A stretch of DNA of 55,471 nt, counting the filler, from Trypethelium eluteriae (lineage: Eukaryota): the NCBI GenBank assembly GCA_051942245.1. It is 2 parts of 2 records of this genome, joined end to end, with 100 filler letters (N's around TTAATTAATTAA, not from the genome) between each part and the next. Parts side by side here need not be neighbours in the genome. Positions count along the whole stretch, not along the records: positions 1 to 27,693 come from JAVECL010000326.1; positions 27,794 to 55,471 come from JAVECL010000327.1. One strand, 5' to 3'. Below, piece after piece: positions 21,647-33,235 of this stretch; position 1 is the first letter of the stretch; every line of letters starts with the position of its first letter. The notes under the pieces were generated by a model. It saw only the letters and a list, made by a program, of their open reading frames with translations. It was not told the DNA's origin and ran no database searches. The position numbers and the translations under genes were made by a program.

Positions 21647-22856
21647 ATGCCAAGCTCGCAGGTCCCAAAAACCCCGACCGTTCAGCCTCCTACACCCTCT
21701 GACTCCGGTGGAAAAGATGGATACTTCAGCAAGTCCGCCCGTCTTAGCTCTCCGCCTCCGATTCATGAAGACGGAGAAGATGCTAGCTTGGACCCAGATC
21801 AGCGGGCAAGGACGAGGAGTAGAAGTCCAGTGCTGGAAGGGAAAAAGAGACGGATGAGTGGACTTACGGCAGTTAACACCAAGACTGGAGTCACCTCTAC
21901 ATCTGCTGGAAAATCATCGAGGAAGAAGCCAGAGCCCATTTCCATGAATGGATCGGCCAATGGACATCTATCTCCGCAATCTGCCAACAAAAACTACTGG
22001 CGTGAACTTAGTAGGAGTCCAAGTCCACTCGGTTTAATTCCCATCCATCGAGAATGGCGAATATTTGTACGAATACGGATGCCTGTTTTACCCGCTGTTC
22101 GAGTTTGTGCTAATCCGCGGCCAGATTCACAAGCATGAAGTCCCCCGAAAGATCCTCCATGTTTCCATCGGTTTCCTGACCCTCCGCCTATACGCTACCG
22201 AGATCCAGCCCGCGCAAATCGACACTGTCCTCATGGCTTTGCTCATACCAATTGCTGCGACCGACGTCATCCGACACAACTTTCCCAGTTTCAACCGCTT
22301 TTACATCCGCGTCTTAGGAGCGCTGATGCGCGAGTCAGAAGTCGAGGGATGGAACGGTGTGATTTGGTATCTTCTTGGTACCTTCTCTGTACTTCGCTTC
22401 TGTCCAAAGGATGTCGGAGTCATGAGCATACTTCTGTTGAGCTGGTGCGACACCGCTGCCAGCACATTTGGCAGGCTCTGGGGTCGGTATACTCCGCGAA
22501 TCAGAAGAGGTAAGAGCTTGGCCGGAAGTATAGCGGCTGTGATCACAGGAATTGCTACAGCAGCGTTGTTCTGGGGGGTTGTGGCCCCCATGGTGGATCA
22601 AAGGGTGAATGAAGGACCAAATTCCTTCGCGTATCAAGGGCGACTCTCTTTACCTTCGAATATCAAGTCGCTCTTGGGACTTAGCCCTAGTGAGGGTACA
22701 GTTGTCGGAAATGCGGCTCTTGGGTTGATGAGCGTTGTGGCAGGCTTCATTGCAAGTGCAAGCGAAGCTATTGATCTCTTTGGTCTGGATGATAATTTGA
22801 CCATTCCCGTTCTTTGCGGAGCAGGTCTCTTTGGCTTCTTGAAAATATTTGGATGA
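21647..22856 (+). CDS. DGK1: CTP-dependent diacylglycerol kinase (Dgk1), 383 aa, 2 exons
   Basis: Intron 22067-22124. HKHEVPRKILHVSIG, LMRESE, LSWCDTAASTFGR, GKSLAGS and DDNLTIPV are cytidylyltransferase/Dgk1 motifs; multiple TM helices. Confidence 0.92.
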
Positions 22857-23151
22857 TTTACTAGGCTTCTTGCATATACCTTTTGGGCTTGGTTCTTCTC
22901 CACTATGGTCTGGCATGGCGTAATGATGATAATGAGAATATTTTGAACAGATCTTGCACTTCGATGAGCACTTTAAGATTTGTCAAAGAAAATATGATAG
23001 ACTATTAGAAGAATTTATTGTTTACCATCATATTGCTGCGTATTCTTAATCTGAATAAGGCGGACAATTTCACATGGATACTCTGCCTTACGTAGTGATA
23101 GTCCTATCCGCTGTTATTCGAGGCAGACACGCGATTCCAATTTCGATCGAG

Positions 23152-23174
23152 ACGCGTAAAGTGCAACGCGAAAT
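23152..23174. promoter_or_regulatory. CGCG-core cluster (ACGCGT 23152-23157, CGCGAAA 23168-23174) upstream of the SerRS gene
   Basis: MCB/SCB-like motifs within 90 nt of the ATG; motif evidence only. Confidence 0.35.
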
Positions 23175-23233
23175 TTAGTCATCTTCCCTACATTGTGCTC
23201 AACCGCTGTTTGACACTAAAGCATGCATGCGCA

Positions 23234-24781
23234 ATGAGACCCAATGCTCTATATTCTAGAGATCAATTTGTCTGCTTGAAATGCGTTCTGCGACTACGTT
23301 CATATCCGAAAATTAGTCTGCCTTTGAGAAGCTTTCGTAAATACTCGCGACCATCCATAGCACCCAAACCTGCTATCGATATCAAGCATATCCGACAGAA
23401 TCCAGGCCTATATTCTCAGAACTGCATCGATCGCAATTACAAACATCAAAAAGACTATCCATGGCGGATTCTTCAAGATTTTGAAGCATGGCAGGGGTTC
23501 CAGAAGGACACTCGAGAGCTTAGACAACGTAACAACGACATCCGACGGAAATTGGCTAATATAGCTCTCACCTCCGGGGACGATCAAGATGGCCATGCGG
23601 ATTCACCAGAGAAGACCGAGCTGTATGCTGCAGCCAAACAGTTAAAAGACCATATCAGCCAGATAGAGTCGAAAGAGTCGATGCTGCAAGATGAAATGCA
23701 GTCATTGGCACTGGATCTACCCAATCTCAGCAGCAGATTTACACCAACGGGAGACCAAGCGGACCTTGTGGAATACATTAATGAGCATCCGGAGTCCGCG
23801 CCGTCTTCATCAGATTGGATATGGCGGTCACATGTCCACATCGGTTCAGAGCTTCAACTGCTGGACTTTGCCGCTGCGGCCAATACGTCAGGATGGGGGT
23901 GGTATTTCCTTGTGAATGAAGCTGCGCTTTTAGAGCAAGCTCTTATCCAATATGCGCTCAGTATTGCTATGAAAAGAGGGTGGAGGCTTGTCTCACCTCC
24001 CTCAATTACATATTCTCATATTGCAGCAGCATGTGGGTTTCAGCCCCGAGATCAGAATGACGAGCAGCAGATCTACACTCTTGCACAAGCTACCAAGGAT
24101 GCAGGCAAGCCTTCACTGTGCCTTAGTGGAACGGCAGAAATTCCGTTGGCTGGAATGAAGGCTGACCAGGTGCTTGAAGAGGTGGACTTGCCTATAAAAG
24201 TTATTGGGATGAGCAGATGCTATCGAGCAGAAGCTGGTGCTCGTGGAGTTGATACAAAAGGGCTCTATCGGGTTCACGAGTTCACCAAGGTGGAGATGTT
24301 TGCCTGGACTTTCCCAGATGAGATCATGATAGAGGGTTTGCAAGAATCAGAGGTCCTTCACTCAACCGCTATGTTTGAAGAGATGGTTGCAATCCAAAAA
24401 GAGATTCTGCAAGGGCTTGGGCTCCATTGCCGCGTGCTGGAAATGCCTTCAGCTGATCTGGGAGCAAGTGCAACTAGGAAGCGCGACATTGAGGCCTTCT
24501 TTCCATCAAGGCGAGAGAAGGATGAGGGCTGGGGGGAGGTTACGTCGGCATCGATTTGCACGGATTATCAAAGCAGGAGGCTGGCCACGAAACTTCGACG
24601 ATCAAAAGGGACGGTCAAGTACGATTGGCCCCATACTGTCAATGGTACGGCTCTAGCCGTCCCAAGAGTTCTTGCGGCTATCCTCGAATATGGTTGGGAC
24701 GAGCAGACAGCCAGCGTGGCAGTACCCAAGGCTTTGCAGCCTTACATGGGTGGGATGGAAGCGATTCGAAGGCACGGGTAA
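23234..24781 (+). CDS. DIA4: Seryl-tRNA synthetase, mitochondrial type
   Basis: Arg-rich, acid-poor presequence; GTAEIPLAG, motif 2 CYRAEAGARG...GLYRVHEFTKVEMF, SASICTDYQSRRL, motif 3 HTVNGTALAVPR. Confidence 0.93.
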   Translation: MRPNALYSRDQFVCLKCVLRLRSYPKISLPLRSFRKYSRPSIAPKPAIDIKHIRQNPGLYSQNCIDRNYKHQKDYPWRILQDFEAWQGFQKDTRELRQRNNDIRRKLANIALTSGDDQDGHADSPEKTELYAAAKQLKDHISQIESKESMLQDEMQSLALDLPNLSSRFTPTGDQADLVEYINEHPESAPSSSDWIWRSHVHIGSELQLLDFAAAANTSGWGWYFLVNEAALLEQALIQYALSIAMKRGWRLVSPPSITYSHIAAACGFQPRDQNDEQQIYTLAQATKDAGKPSLCLSGTAEIPLAGMKADQVLEEVDLPIKVIGMSRCYRAEAGARGVDTKGLYRVHEFTKVEMFAWTFPDEIMIEGLQESEVLHSTAMFEEMVAIQKEILQGLGLHCRVLEMPSADLGASATRKRDIEAFFPSRREKDEGWGEVTSASICTDYQSRRLATKLRRSKGTVKYDWPHTVNGTALAVPRVLAAILEYGWDEQTASVAVPKALQPYMGGMEAIRRHG

Positions 24782-25313
24782 AGACACGATGCTGATCTCT
24801 GTACAGTACAAATGTTTGATAGACATAGGAATTTTAATCGCCACCATGGACACATAAATAAACATTTCTGTGATTCTTTAGACTGGTCTGAGGTTAGTAT
24901 ATGTGGAAGCGACGATAGGTGAAGAGGCGAGGCGAGGCGAAGGGAAGCCAGTGGCGAGCCTTCTGCAAGGACCCGGGTTTAGAGATTGCTCATTGGGTGA
25001 GGAGAAGCTGGGGGAGAGACCGGGGTTGACCAGTTGGAGGGGCTTTGCCATGACTCGCCCCGGCCGACAACAAGACCTTGTCCGCTTTGCGTCGGCCAGA
25101 CGTGTGGATGAGGACGAAAACAAGTCTCCCACCACGTTGTCTCCTTTCTCTTTCTCCTCAAAACCTCGAGACTCGGACTGCCTTGCCAGGTCCCGCACAT
25201 GGATCAGAGCACCGCGCGCAGACTCTGCGTTTCCTAACTGCGCGTCAAGCTTTCAGAGCGTTCTGTCTTCCCACGCACTACTTCTCAGTGGGAGGAGGGA
25301 ACAACACATCCAG

Positions 25314-26899
25314 ATGGTTTCGCACGTTGACGAGCGTTCGACCGTGTCGCTTCCAGTGAGACACTCCACAGCACGATCCCTCATCTCGCGCGCGTCGAGC
25401 TCGACTGCTACAAGGCGGCATCGCCATACCCGCTCACATCATGGAGGCTCAACCCAACCGGCGCAGTCGGTCTTTCCCTGGTTCACGAGTGGGAATGTGG
25501 AGATCATAATCACCTCTGGCCGCAAAGAACAGCGTTATCTCCTTCACAAGCTTATACTTTCTCAATGCTCGGGCTTCTTTGAAGCATCAACAAGTGAAGG
25601 ATGGTCACGGTCACAACCCGAACCCAATACACAATCATTTCAGAGTGGCGCTCTGGCAAGAATTGGCGAGGACGAGGCAGCTACTACCAGCTTCACGCAA
25701 AGCGGTCCTGGATCTCAGGTTGGTGATGGGAGAAGGTGGAGATATGAACTTGACTGGGGCTCATCAGAGCAAGACATACCGATGCTCGTTCAAAAGGTCC
25801 AGCTTCCTGCTCTTTCCACAATTTTGGCTTCTATCATTATAGATATTGACTTGGTACAAAGGATGCATCGTCTTCACTGTTTGGAGGAGATGAAGCTACC
25901 TCCCAGCCACCACCTGTACGAAACAAGCCTCAAGCTCCGCAGTCGGGATTCTTTCGATCCATGGCCAACTTTTCCGCTGTGAACATGCAACACGGTTCCC
26001 AAGAACCTGTCGACGATATTTTACGCGATTACGATAATTTGTTCCGCATCTTCTACAACTATCCACCAGCCTTAGACGCTGTTTATATTGCGACCGCCTA
26101 CGTTGAATGTAAAAGCCTCCTCCAACTGGCTGACATGTACGACGCGCTTGAGGTTGTTGGGCCAAGAGTAGATCATCATTTGTTGCGATTTCAGGGACGC
26201 CTTTGGAAACAGATTGCAAAATATCCACCGAGTTACTTGAAATTGGGTTATCTTGCGCGTTCTCGGGTCATCTTTAGCGAAGCTATGGTCCATGTGGTCG
26301 GGCAATGGCCGGCCGGTGCCAACCAGCTTCGGGGTCAAATTGATAATCCTGTCATGGAATTGATTGAGGACAAAGTTGACGAGCTTGAAGAAACGAAGGC
26401 TCGAGTTGAATCCAGACTGTTTAGAATCACGCTTACAACGTCACGAGGCGATCGCGTCACACCCCATAATTCCATGTTGGACTGGTTAGCCGTCTCATTA
26501 TTCAGGCAGTGGGTGGCAGAGAACACCACTCCTCCCCCAGCGCCAATCCTAAAAGACCGCACAAGGCCAGGCAGCACAAGAAATTCCGGACAAAATGCTC
26601 CTCTGCCTCCGCCTCCGATCAACACTGGCAGGATATATAGACTGCTTGGGACAGGCAGCCAAGCTTATCTACCACATGAAGAGCTCAAGCGCTTTCTCAA
26701 GCTTCGACCGGAAGATTACAATCGTGAATCTTTGAAGAAATTCGAGCGACGGGTTGAAGACATGAAGAACCTGGCCCGGGATGCCGTCAAACCACTGATG
26801 CGCAGCTTTCTCGAGCTAGACTTGGGGCGGGATGGAGGAGGACTACCCTATTTGACATGTACGCGTCTGGACGATGCTGACTTCCCTTGGGACGACTGA
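25314..26899 (+). CDS. Conserved fungal BTB/POZ-like domain protein, 2 exons
   Basis: Intron 25797-25861 joins the two ORFs in frame; BTB-like GNVEIII...YLLHKLILSQCSGFF, then DYDNLFRIFYNY...LADMYDAL. An in-frame upstream ATG at 25050 is an alternative start. Confidence 0.8.
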
Positions 26900-27346
26900 G
26901 CTGGGCTTTTTCGTCTAAGTTCACGGCACGGAGTTGTTCGGGTGGCGCTTCGCATTGTTCTCATCTTTTGGACTATACCCCATATCGCACGAGCTGTAAC
27001 GCACTCTATTTCATGTTTCATAGCCATATTTCATAGATTCATGAATGTGAAAGCAAATGACGTTGATTGTTTAGCGGGTCTCTTGCTGATGCCGAGGCTT
27101 GTCAGCATCCCACCCCCGAAAATTGTTGAGGACCTCAAAAAGGGCACACGACTCCTTCATACCTTCAACTATGAACACATGTTCCAGTCACTCCCCCCGA
27201 ATGCTATGACCCGGGCTGCAGCTCGCCGGGCTGCATCCATCTCTCTCTCGGTCTCCCTTAAATAGCACCATCAACGCATTTCTCTGCCACCCCAACGGCC
27301 GCACCACCATACAGAGATAGCCAGAAAAGAAAAAAAAAAAGCCAAG

Positions 27347-27693
27347 ATGCTGGACCCATTCCCTCTCCCACCACCCACCTTCCTGCAACGCGCCATCGCA
27401 CCCCTCGCCTCCTCCCTCAACCTCCCGACGCTCCCCCTCCACATCCACGAAGTCCTCTTCGCCTTCACCCTCTACCACCTAGTCAACACGCAGCTCTCGC
27501 CCTGGCTCTCTTCCCTCCTCTTCCCGCGCACCTACGCAGGCCTCAACCGGCGCACGCGCATCAACTGGGACGTGCACGTCGTCAGCATGGTGCAATGCTG
27601 CCTTATCAACGCGCTCGCCGTGTGGACGATCGTCGCGGACTCCGAGCGGCGGTCGATGGGGGCGGGCGCGCGCGTCTTCGGGTACACGGGGGC
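27347..27693 (+). CDS. TLC (TRAM/LAG1/CLN8) domain membrane protein, 5' part; truncated by the scaffold gap
   Basis: MLDPFP...LPLHIHEV...INWDVHVVS...RVFGYTG matches the N-terminus of fungal TLC-domain proteins; strongly C-ending codons; runs into Ns. Confidence 0.85.
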
Positions 27694-27793
27694 NNNNNNN
27701 NNNNNNNNNNNNNNNNNNNNNNNNNNNNNNNNNNNNNTTAATTAATTAANNNNNNNNNNNNNNNNNNNNNNNNNNNNNNNNNNNNNNNNNNNN
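27694..27793. other. Artificial 100-nt contig spacer: 44 N + TTAATTAATTAA + 44 N
   Basis: Symmetric Ns around a 12-mer (27738-27749) that gives stop codons in all six frames. Confidence 0.97.
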
Positions 27794-30700
27794 CTCCCCC
27801 CTCTCCTCCTCAAACCCGCCCACTCGCCCGCCAATTCCCGCGCCAACTTCGCATCCCGCTCCTCCTGCGTCTCCTCCCTCTGCTCCACCGCCATGCCCAG
27901 CCCAACTTCGCTCTTCACACCATCGCCCTTCTTGGTTGTGCTGCTACCCACACTTCCCGCACTCGTGCCCCTCGGCACGGACGGCTTCTTCGGTGTCTTC
28001 GTAGATTTCGCGGACGCAGGTGTACTGCTCTGTCGACGCTGCTGCTGTTTCGCCTGTGGAACGGAGGCGGAGAGCGTGACGCATTCCGCGGCCGAGAGGC
28101 TGGAGCTCGCGGTTGAGGGTCGGCGAGCTGCGTCGTTAGGAACTGGATCGAAAGAGGAGGGAGCGAAGCGCTCCACGGGTTTGGAACTGCGCGAGGAATG
28201 GCGGGAAGGCTGCTGGTGCTGCTGCTGGTGCTCAGGCGTTTGGGTGTGTTGTTGAGACTGCTGGACAGATCTTGCTTTGTTCAGTGACGGCTCGATAATG
28301 TTTGCCGCTTCGTCCTCATCGTCTTCGGCAAGGTCAGTAAGAGGGCTTGATGCGGCGCGTTTGCGGGAGGCGGATGTGTTCGATGTGAGATCTTCCTCGG
28401 ACTGGGGGGTCGAGGCTTTGGCTGTGGTGTCGCAGTCGGTTTCTATAGGTTCAGTAGTGGGCATTGCTGGTTCACCATGTTCTGACTCTGTCACGGGTTC
28501 TGATGTTTCGAATGGTCCACCTGCTTCCGTCTTCATAGGAATGTTTTCAGGTGCTGCGGCCAGATTGTTGGAAGATGATGTAACCTGAGGCTCTCGTGTA
28601 GAAAATGAGGGCGTCTCAGGTTTGATTGTTCCCAGCCTCGTATCAGTTTCACCGGATATACTAGCTGTCGTTGGCACTCTCTCTGGCTCTCTGATACCTT
28701 CCGATGAATTTGGGTTGCTCTGGTCAATAAGCACATTCGTGATTCTGCCAGAAATTGCTCCATCTGTTTCTGCCTCAGTGATGGCCATGGATCCAATATC
28801 CGCAGTAGCTTCACCTTGCTCCAATTGAGTATCTTTTGGATGGTAGTCGGATTGCAATTGCGGATCCAGTATGCTGTCTATATTCACCGTTTGCGAAGCT
28901 TGATAATCATCCTGCAACTGCGGATCCAATGCTGGATCTATTGCAACCGGCTCGAAAGCTGACTCAACTTGTTGACATTGCATTTCAAGCTGCGGGTCTA
29001 TGATAGAACCTGACAGCGACTCATTTTCCGCATCAAAGTCTTCTGGCTCTGGGTATCCACTTGACGGTAGCAAATGCTCTTGGGCTATTCGTAATGCTTG
29101 TCCCGCGACGGCTGCTTGGTCTTCGTCTACGAGCGAGTCCGATGTTTGCAAAGCTTCTAGAAGTGGCTCAGATTGCACCGCGGTCATTGGCGCCATTGGT
29201 GCAATAGGTGCCATAGGAGGAGGCTGGGTCGCAACCGTGACAGTATCCTCAGACAAAGCCATCAATGCCGGATCGATTGCCATCATCTCATCCTGCGAAG
29301 CCATAGGAATAGCAGCGAGTAATTGATCACTCGCTCTCCTCTCCCCCTTCTGCTTTTTGCTGACTTGTGGTGATTCAGGTTCGCCCTGAGATTTGCGTTT
29401 CTTACTATTCCCTGAGCCACGAGGGACAGGTGATTCTGCTGCTTTGATAGGATCGATATTACCATGCTCGTCATGGATGCAGCGACGCTACCGCAAGTTA
29501 GTACGCAAGCTGGAAAACCAACAAGTAATGCAAACTTGCCTTGCTTTTCCGACAGTCGACACAGGCCTTTGTCCTCGGCTTCTTGCTTGATGGATCTGTC
29601 GATGTCTGGCCTTCTTCTTGGACGTGGTTCGCGGTGGGCGTCGCTTGAAGTGCGGGTCGTCCACTTAGATCACCAAAAGACTTACTGGGTGAGCTGTCGA
29701 TGACCACTCCGACCAGAACGGAAGAGTTCCTTCGTGGCTTCGGCGAGGAACTACTGCTTGCACCGGCTTCTTCCTTGTGCTTGCATCTGATCCTCCGCCT
29801 TCTGCATGCATCACAAGCGATCCTTTTTGGACCCAGCACACTTGTCTTGGGCGTGCTTGTGTGACTTGGCTCCTTGGTAGCCGCAGCCTCAGCAGCCTTC
29901 ATGGCTTGTCTTGCGGATTGTCGGTCTGGCGCAACCCGATATGCTTCGATAGCGGCCTGTCGCTCCAGCTTCTTCAATGCTGCAACACTAAGCTTCTTTT
30001 CCACGCGTGGCTCACCAGATTCAGGGAGTGGCGTCTCGGGATGCGCCCATTGAGGAATATCCTCGTTTCCACGCTTCCAGGACACCCACATTGCGAAGAG
30101 TTTTGCGACCTCGATGGGCTCCCCAAGACCATGGCCTTTGGGAATTGAGCGAGCGACGGCATTGCGTGTATCCGAGTTGACACCATCTACTTTGCCATTG
30201 GCAATCAAGACCGTCTTCCAGATATAATTTACAAGATGGGTCATGCCGGACAGCTCGGATTCAGAGTAGAAGCGTGCGTTGTAGCGTTCTGTGCCACGTT
30301 CACCTATGCTGCTATCGTCAAGATAGATAGGCGCAGATCTCTCAAAGCATTTGCCGTCGTAAAAGAGTTGCTCGACCGAAGGTGGGAGAGGATCTCGCTC
30401 TAGGTATCTAATGGCAGTATACCACATTACCTTCTGGAAGAAAGGATACCTGAATTTGCGAGCGACCTTTGTCGCTTTCTCAATCTCGACAACGCGTAGC
30501 TGGTTCTCGTAATGCAATCTGGTAAGGAAGTTTCCTCCGATGACGAGGCTGTTCTCTGGGGTCCAAACAGCATGAATCCAACCAGATGGGATCAGCATGG
30601 TGTCACCTTCGGACAGATCAACCCGATAGCAACACTTAGTTTGGTCTCCGAGCCAGGAATAGTTTTGGGCATTTGACATGCACCATTCCTCGTATTTCTT

Positions 30701-33235
30701 TAGGTGCCTCGGTTCCGGCGGGATGAAGAAGAAGGTTTTCTTACCCCTGATGATGTGGTAATAAACCGATGATCCGCCAAAGTCGATGTGAAAATCGGTG
30801 AAGCAGTCGGCAACGGACATGAGGCAGTAGAACTGCACCTTCGGGAAATTTGCTCTCGACTGCTCATCGGCCGGCCAGACAGAATCCTGAAGATCAATGT
30901 CCCGTACAATCTTCGGCCGGCGGATTAGTCGCCCTAGCTTCGTATCGGAGACCTCCAAACTGATCACATTCCGAACGGGCTTTTCGCCTTCTGCTTCATA
31001 ATAGTCGGCCCATCTGCGCATATTCCAGCCCTTTTGGCCTCCTTCTTGAGACTTGACATCAATGACCTCAATCTTCTCTTCCATGCCAAGGAGCTCGGCA
31101 ACTCGCCGGACTGTCAAGCCCTTTGGTATGACCATGTCCAACTTATCTTGACCATCATCCGGTACGGATTCGTATTCAAAGTCTCTCATGAGCCACTCAT
31201 CTTCTACGAGGCTCTCTTCGCTGCTTCTGACTTCAGCGTTCTCAGCAGAAGGATGGAGTGGTTCCATCTCTGGAATCTCCGTCCTGGGATTCCATTTTGC
31301 AGGAATAACTATTGGCTCCTTCATTCCACCCGATCGCTCGAAATATTCTGCAGTAACGAGTTCAGGTCGCATACGTGGGAATCTTTCTGGCTGCACGAAG
31401 ATGCCTCCGTTCTTGAACAATTTGATGTAATGATGTTCAGGATCGTCATCGGAAGTGCGTAAGATGCCTTCGTTGAGCCCTGCATAGTCAACGGTTGTCT
31501 TGGTACGACTCGATTGGCGGACATAAGTCGTCACTCCGTGTTTGGGCTTGCATTCTCGACAGAAAAATTTGTCGATGACTCTGACTTCTCTCTCATTCTT
31601 CAAGCCTGCGCAAGCCCAATGAAACCAGCCCTCGCATCCGTTGCAGCTAATCCAGACCTCCTCTTCACTGCGCCGTTCAGGATTCTGTGAAAGCCCGCAG
31701 CTTTTGCAAGTTGTGACTGGTACAGCCTTCTTGCCCATCGCTGACGTTGCTGTTAGCGGAAGCTTTTCGCGAAGCCTCTCGTGTCCAGGAAAGTTGATGG
31801 CTACTTCCGTATCATCAAGTGTCGTTGGCACCGAAGATGCACGGTGTTGGTTCGTGAAAACACTGGTGACTTTTAATAATTCTTCACTGTCTGAACATCG
31901 CCGTCGTCTTCTCGGCTGTGGAGTAGTCTTCGTTGGGATGCGTTCTTGCGATGTCCCTGGTGTAGCGATTTTCTGATCGAATTGAGGAGCGTTGGCGGTA
32001 TGATCCTCTACGAGGCTTTCAGGTGAGGCCAACTGTTGGATTTTCGAAACTTTCTGGCTAGACGTCGAAGGTATCTGAAGACTCTCATCTTGTTTGGTAT
32101 TTTTGATCGATTCCTTTCGTTGCTTTTGCTTGCCGCCTTTCGATTTCTTCCCCTTCAGTTCCTGAGCTCGTGGTATCGTATGACCCTTGCCATTTCCCTG
32201 TTGATCGTCTGGAGGAGTATGTGTCTGCAGTAAGTTATCCGTGGATGAGGCCAGAGGCTGCGTCGTTACTTTGAGTGAAGGCGCGTGTGTATTCACTTCG
32301 TCTTGTGAGGTCATCACATGATCGGTACGATTCACAGTCTCATTATCATCAACAGCAAATTCGTCCCTGTGAGCGACTTTGTCCCGGCTTTGGTAGTGGC
32401 CGTAGGCAGCACGATAAAGTTGTTCGCCAAGAGGAAATTGGGCGCTGTCTCTCTGGGCCGCGTAACCATTTGTTTGCTGGGCAAGCTGTCCTTTGTCAAT
32501 GGATGAATGTCGCCTTTCTCTTCCTAGACCCAGCAGCAGCTCCGCCTCATACAAGTTCGCACCTGTCTGGATGGCCCTTGTCTCAGGACATTGATAGGAG
32601 GATTGACTATTGTATATCTTGTTTCCGTTCTCGATGTTTTGCTCGACATTGTATGACCACGTCACAGGCACATGGCTTGTCGCTGGTCGTGAAGCCTCAA
32701 ACGGCGCACGAGGAGATGGGACAATCTCGGAACGTGCCCTCTTCGAAGGTCGCTCTTCAACAACATTGGTAAACCCATTGATCGGACTTTGTTGATGAGC
32801 ACTGTTGGTGGGCCATGCGCCAAAGGAGTGACCGAGGGAGTCGTGTTTCGGTCCCTGAGGAGAGATTGGGCTGTAGGTGGGGCTGGTGGCTAGGGCGACG
32901 GTGGCAAGGGTGTCGATAGTGGAAGGCGATCGTTGTGGGTGTGCATGGCCCAGATGAGCGCGCGCATTCTGAGGCGTTTGTGTCGTAATTCCAGTGTTCC
33001 AACTGTCCCAATTCTCCCAACTGTGATGTGTTATCCTTCTTTCTTTTGTGTCCGGCCATTTGAACGAGCTAGTGAAGCCGCTCGCTGGGTTTGTCTTGCC
33101 GCCGGTATAAATTTGTGAGAGTGTTGCGGCGGGGGGGGCTGGCGACAAAGGTTCGATAAATCTATTCGGTGGTGAAGGAGAACGCAAAGGCAGAGGGGCG
33201 TCGCGGGATACGGACTTGAAGGAGTTGGGAGGCAT
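27794..33235 (-). CDS. JHD1: JmjC histone demethylase Jhd1 (KDM2-like) with PHD finger and two Cys/His clusters; at least 1796 aa, stop codon lost in the gap
   Basis: PHD (CKSC..CNGC..HWAC..CREC); JmjC with Fe ligands TDFHIDFGGS and WIHAV. GC-AG intron 29539-29488 joins the 1245-aa and 520-aa ORFs in frame (DCRKSK|RRCIHDEHGNIDP...IPMASQDEMM). Confidence 0.92.

Noticed and set aside
22923..23054. ATGATGA ... CTGA as a C/D box snoRNA
   Set aside because: Lies in the AT-rich DGK1 3'UTR; no terminal stem or recognisable rRNA guide seen.
27738..27749. TTAATTAATTAA palindrome inside the N run
   Set aside because: Artificial six-frame-stop spacer, not biological sequence.
27742..29304. 520-aa ORF as an independent gene
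   Set aside because: It is in frame with, and part of, the last exon of JHD1 via the GC-AG intron.
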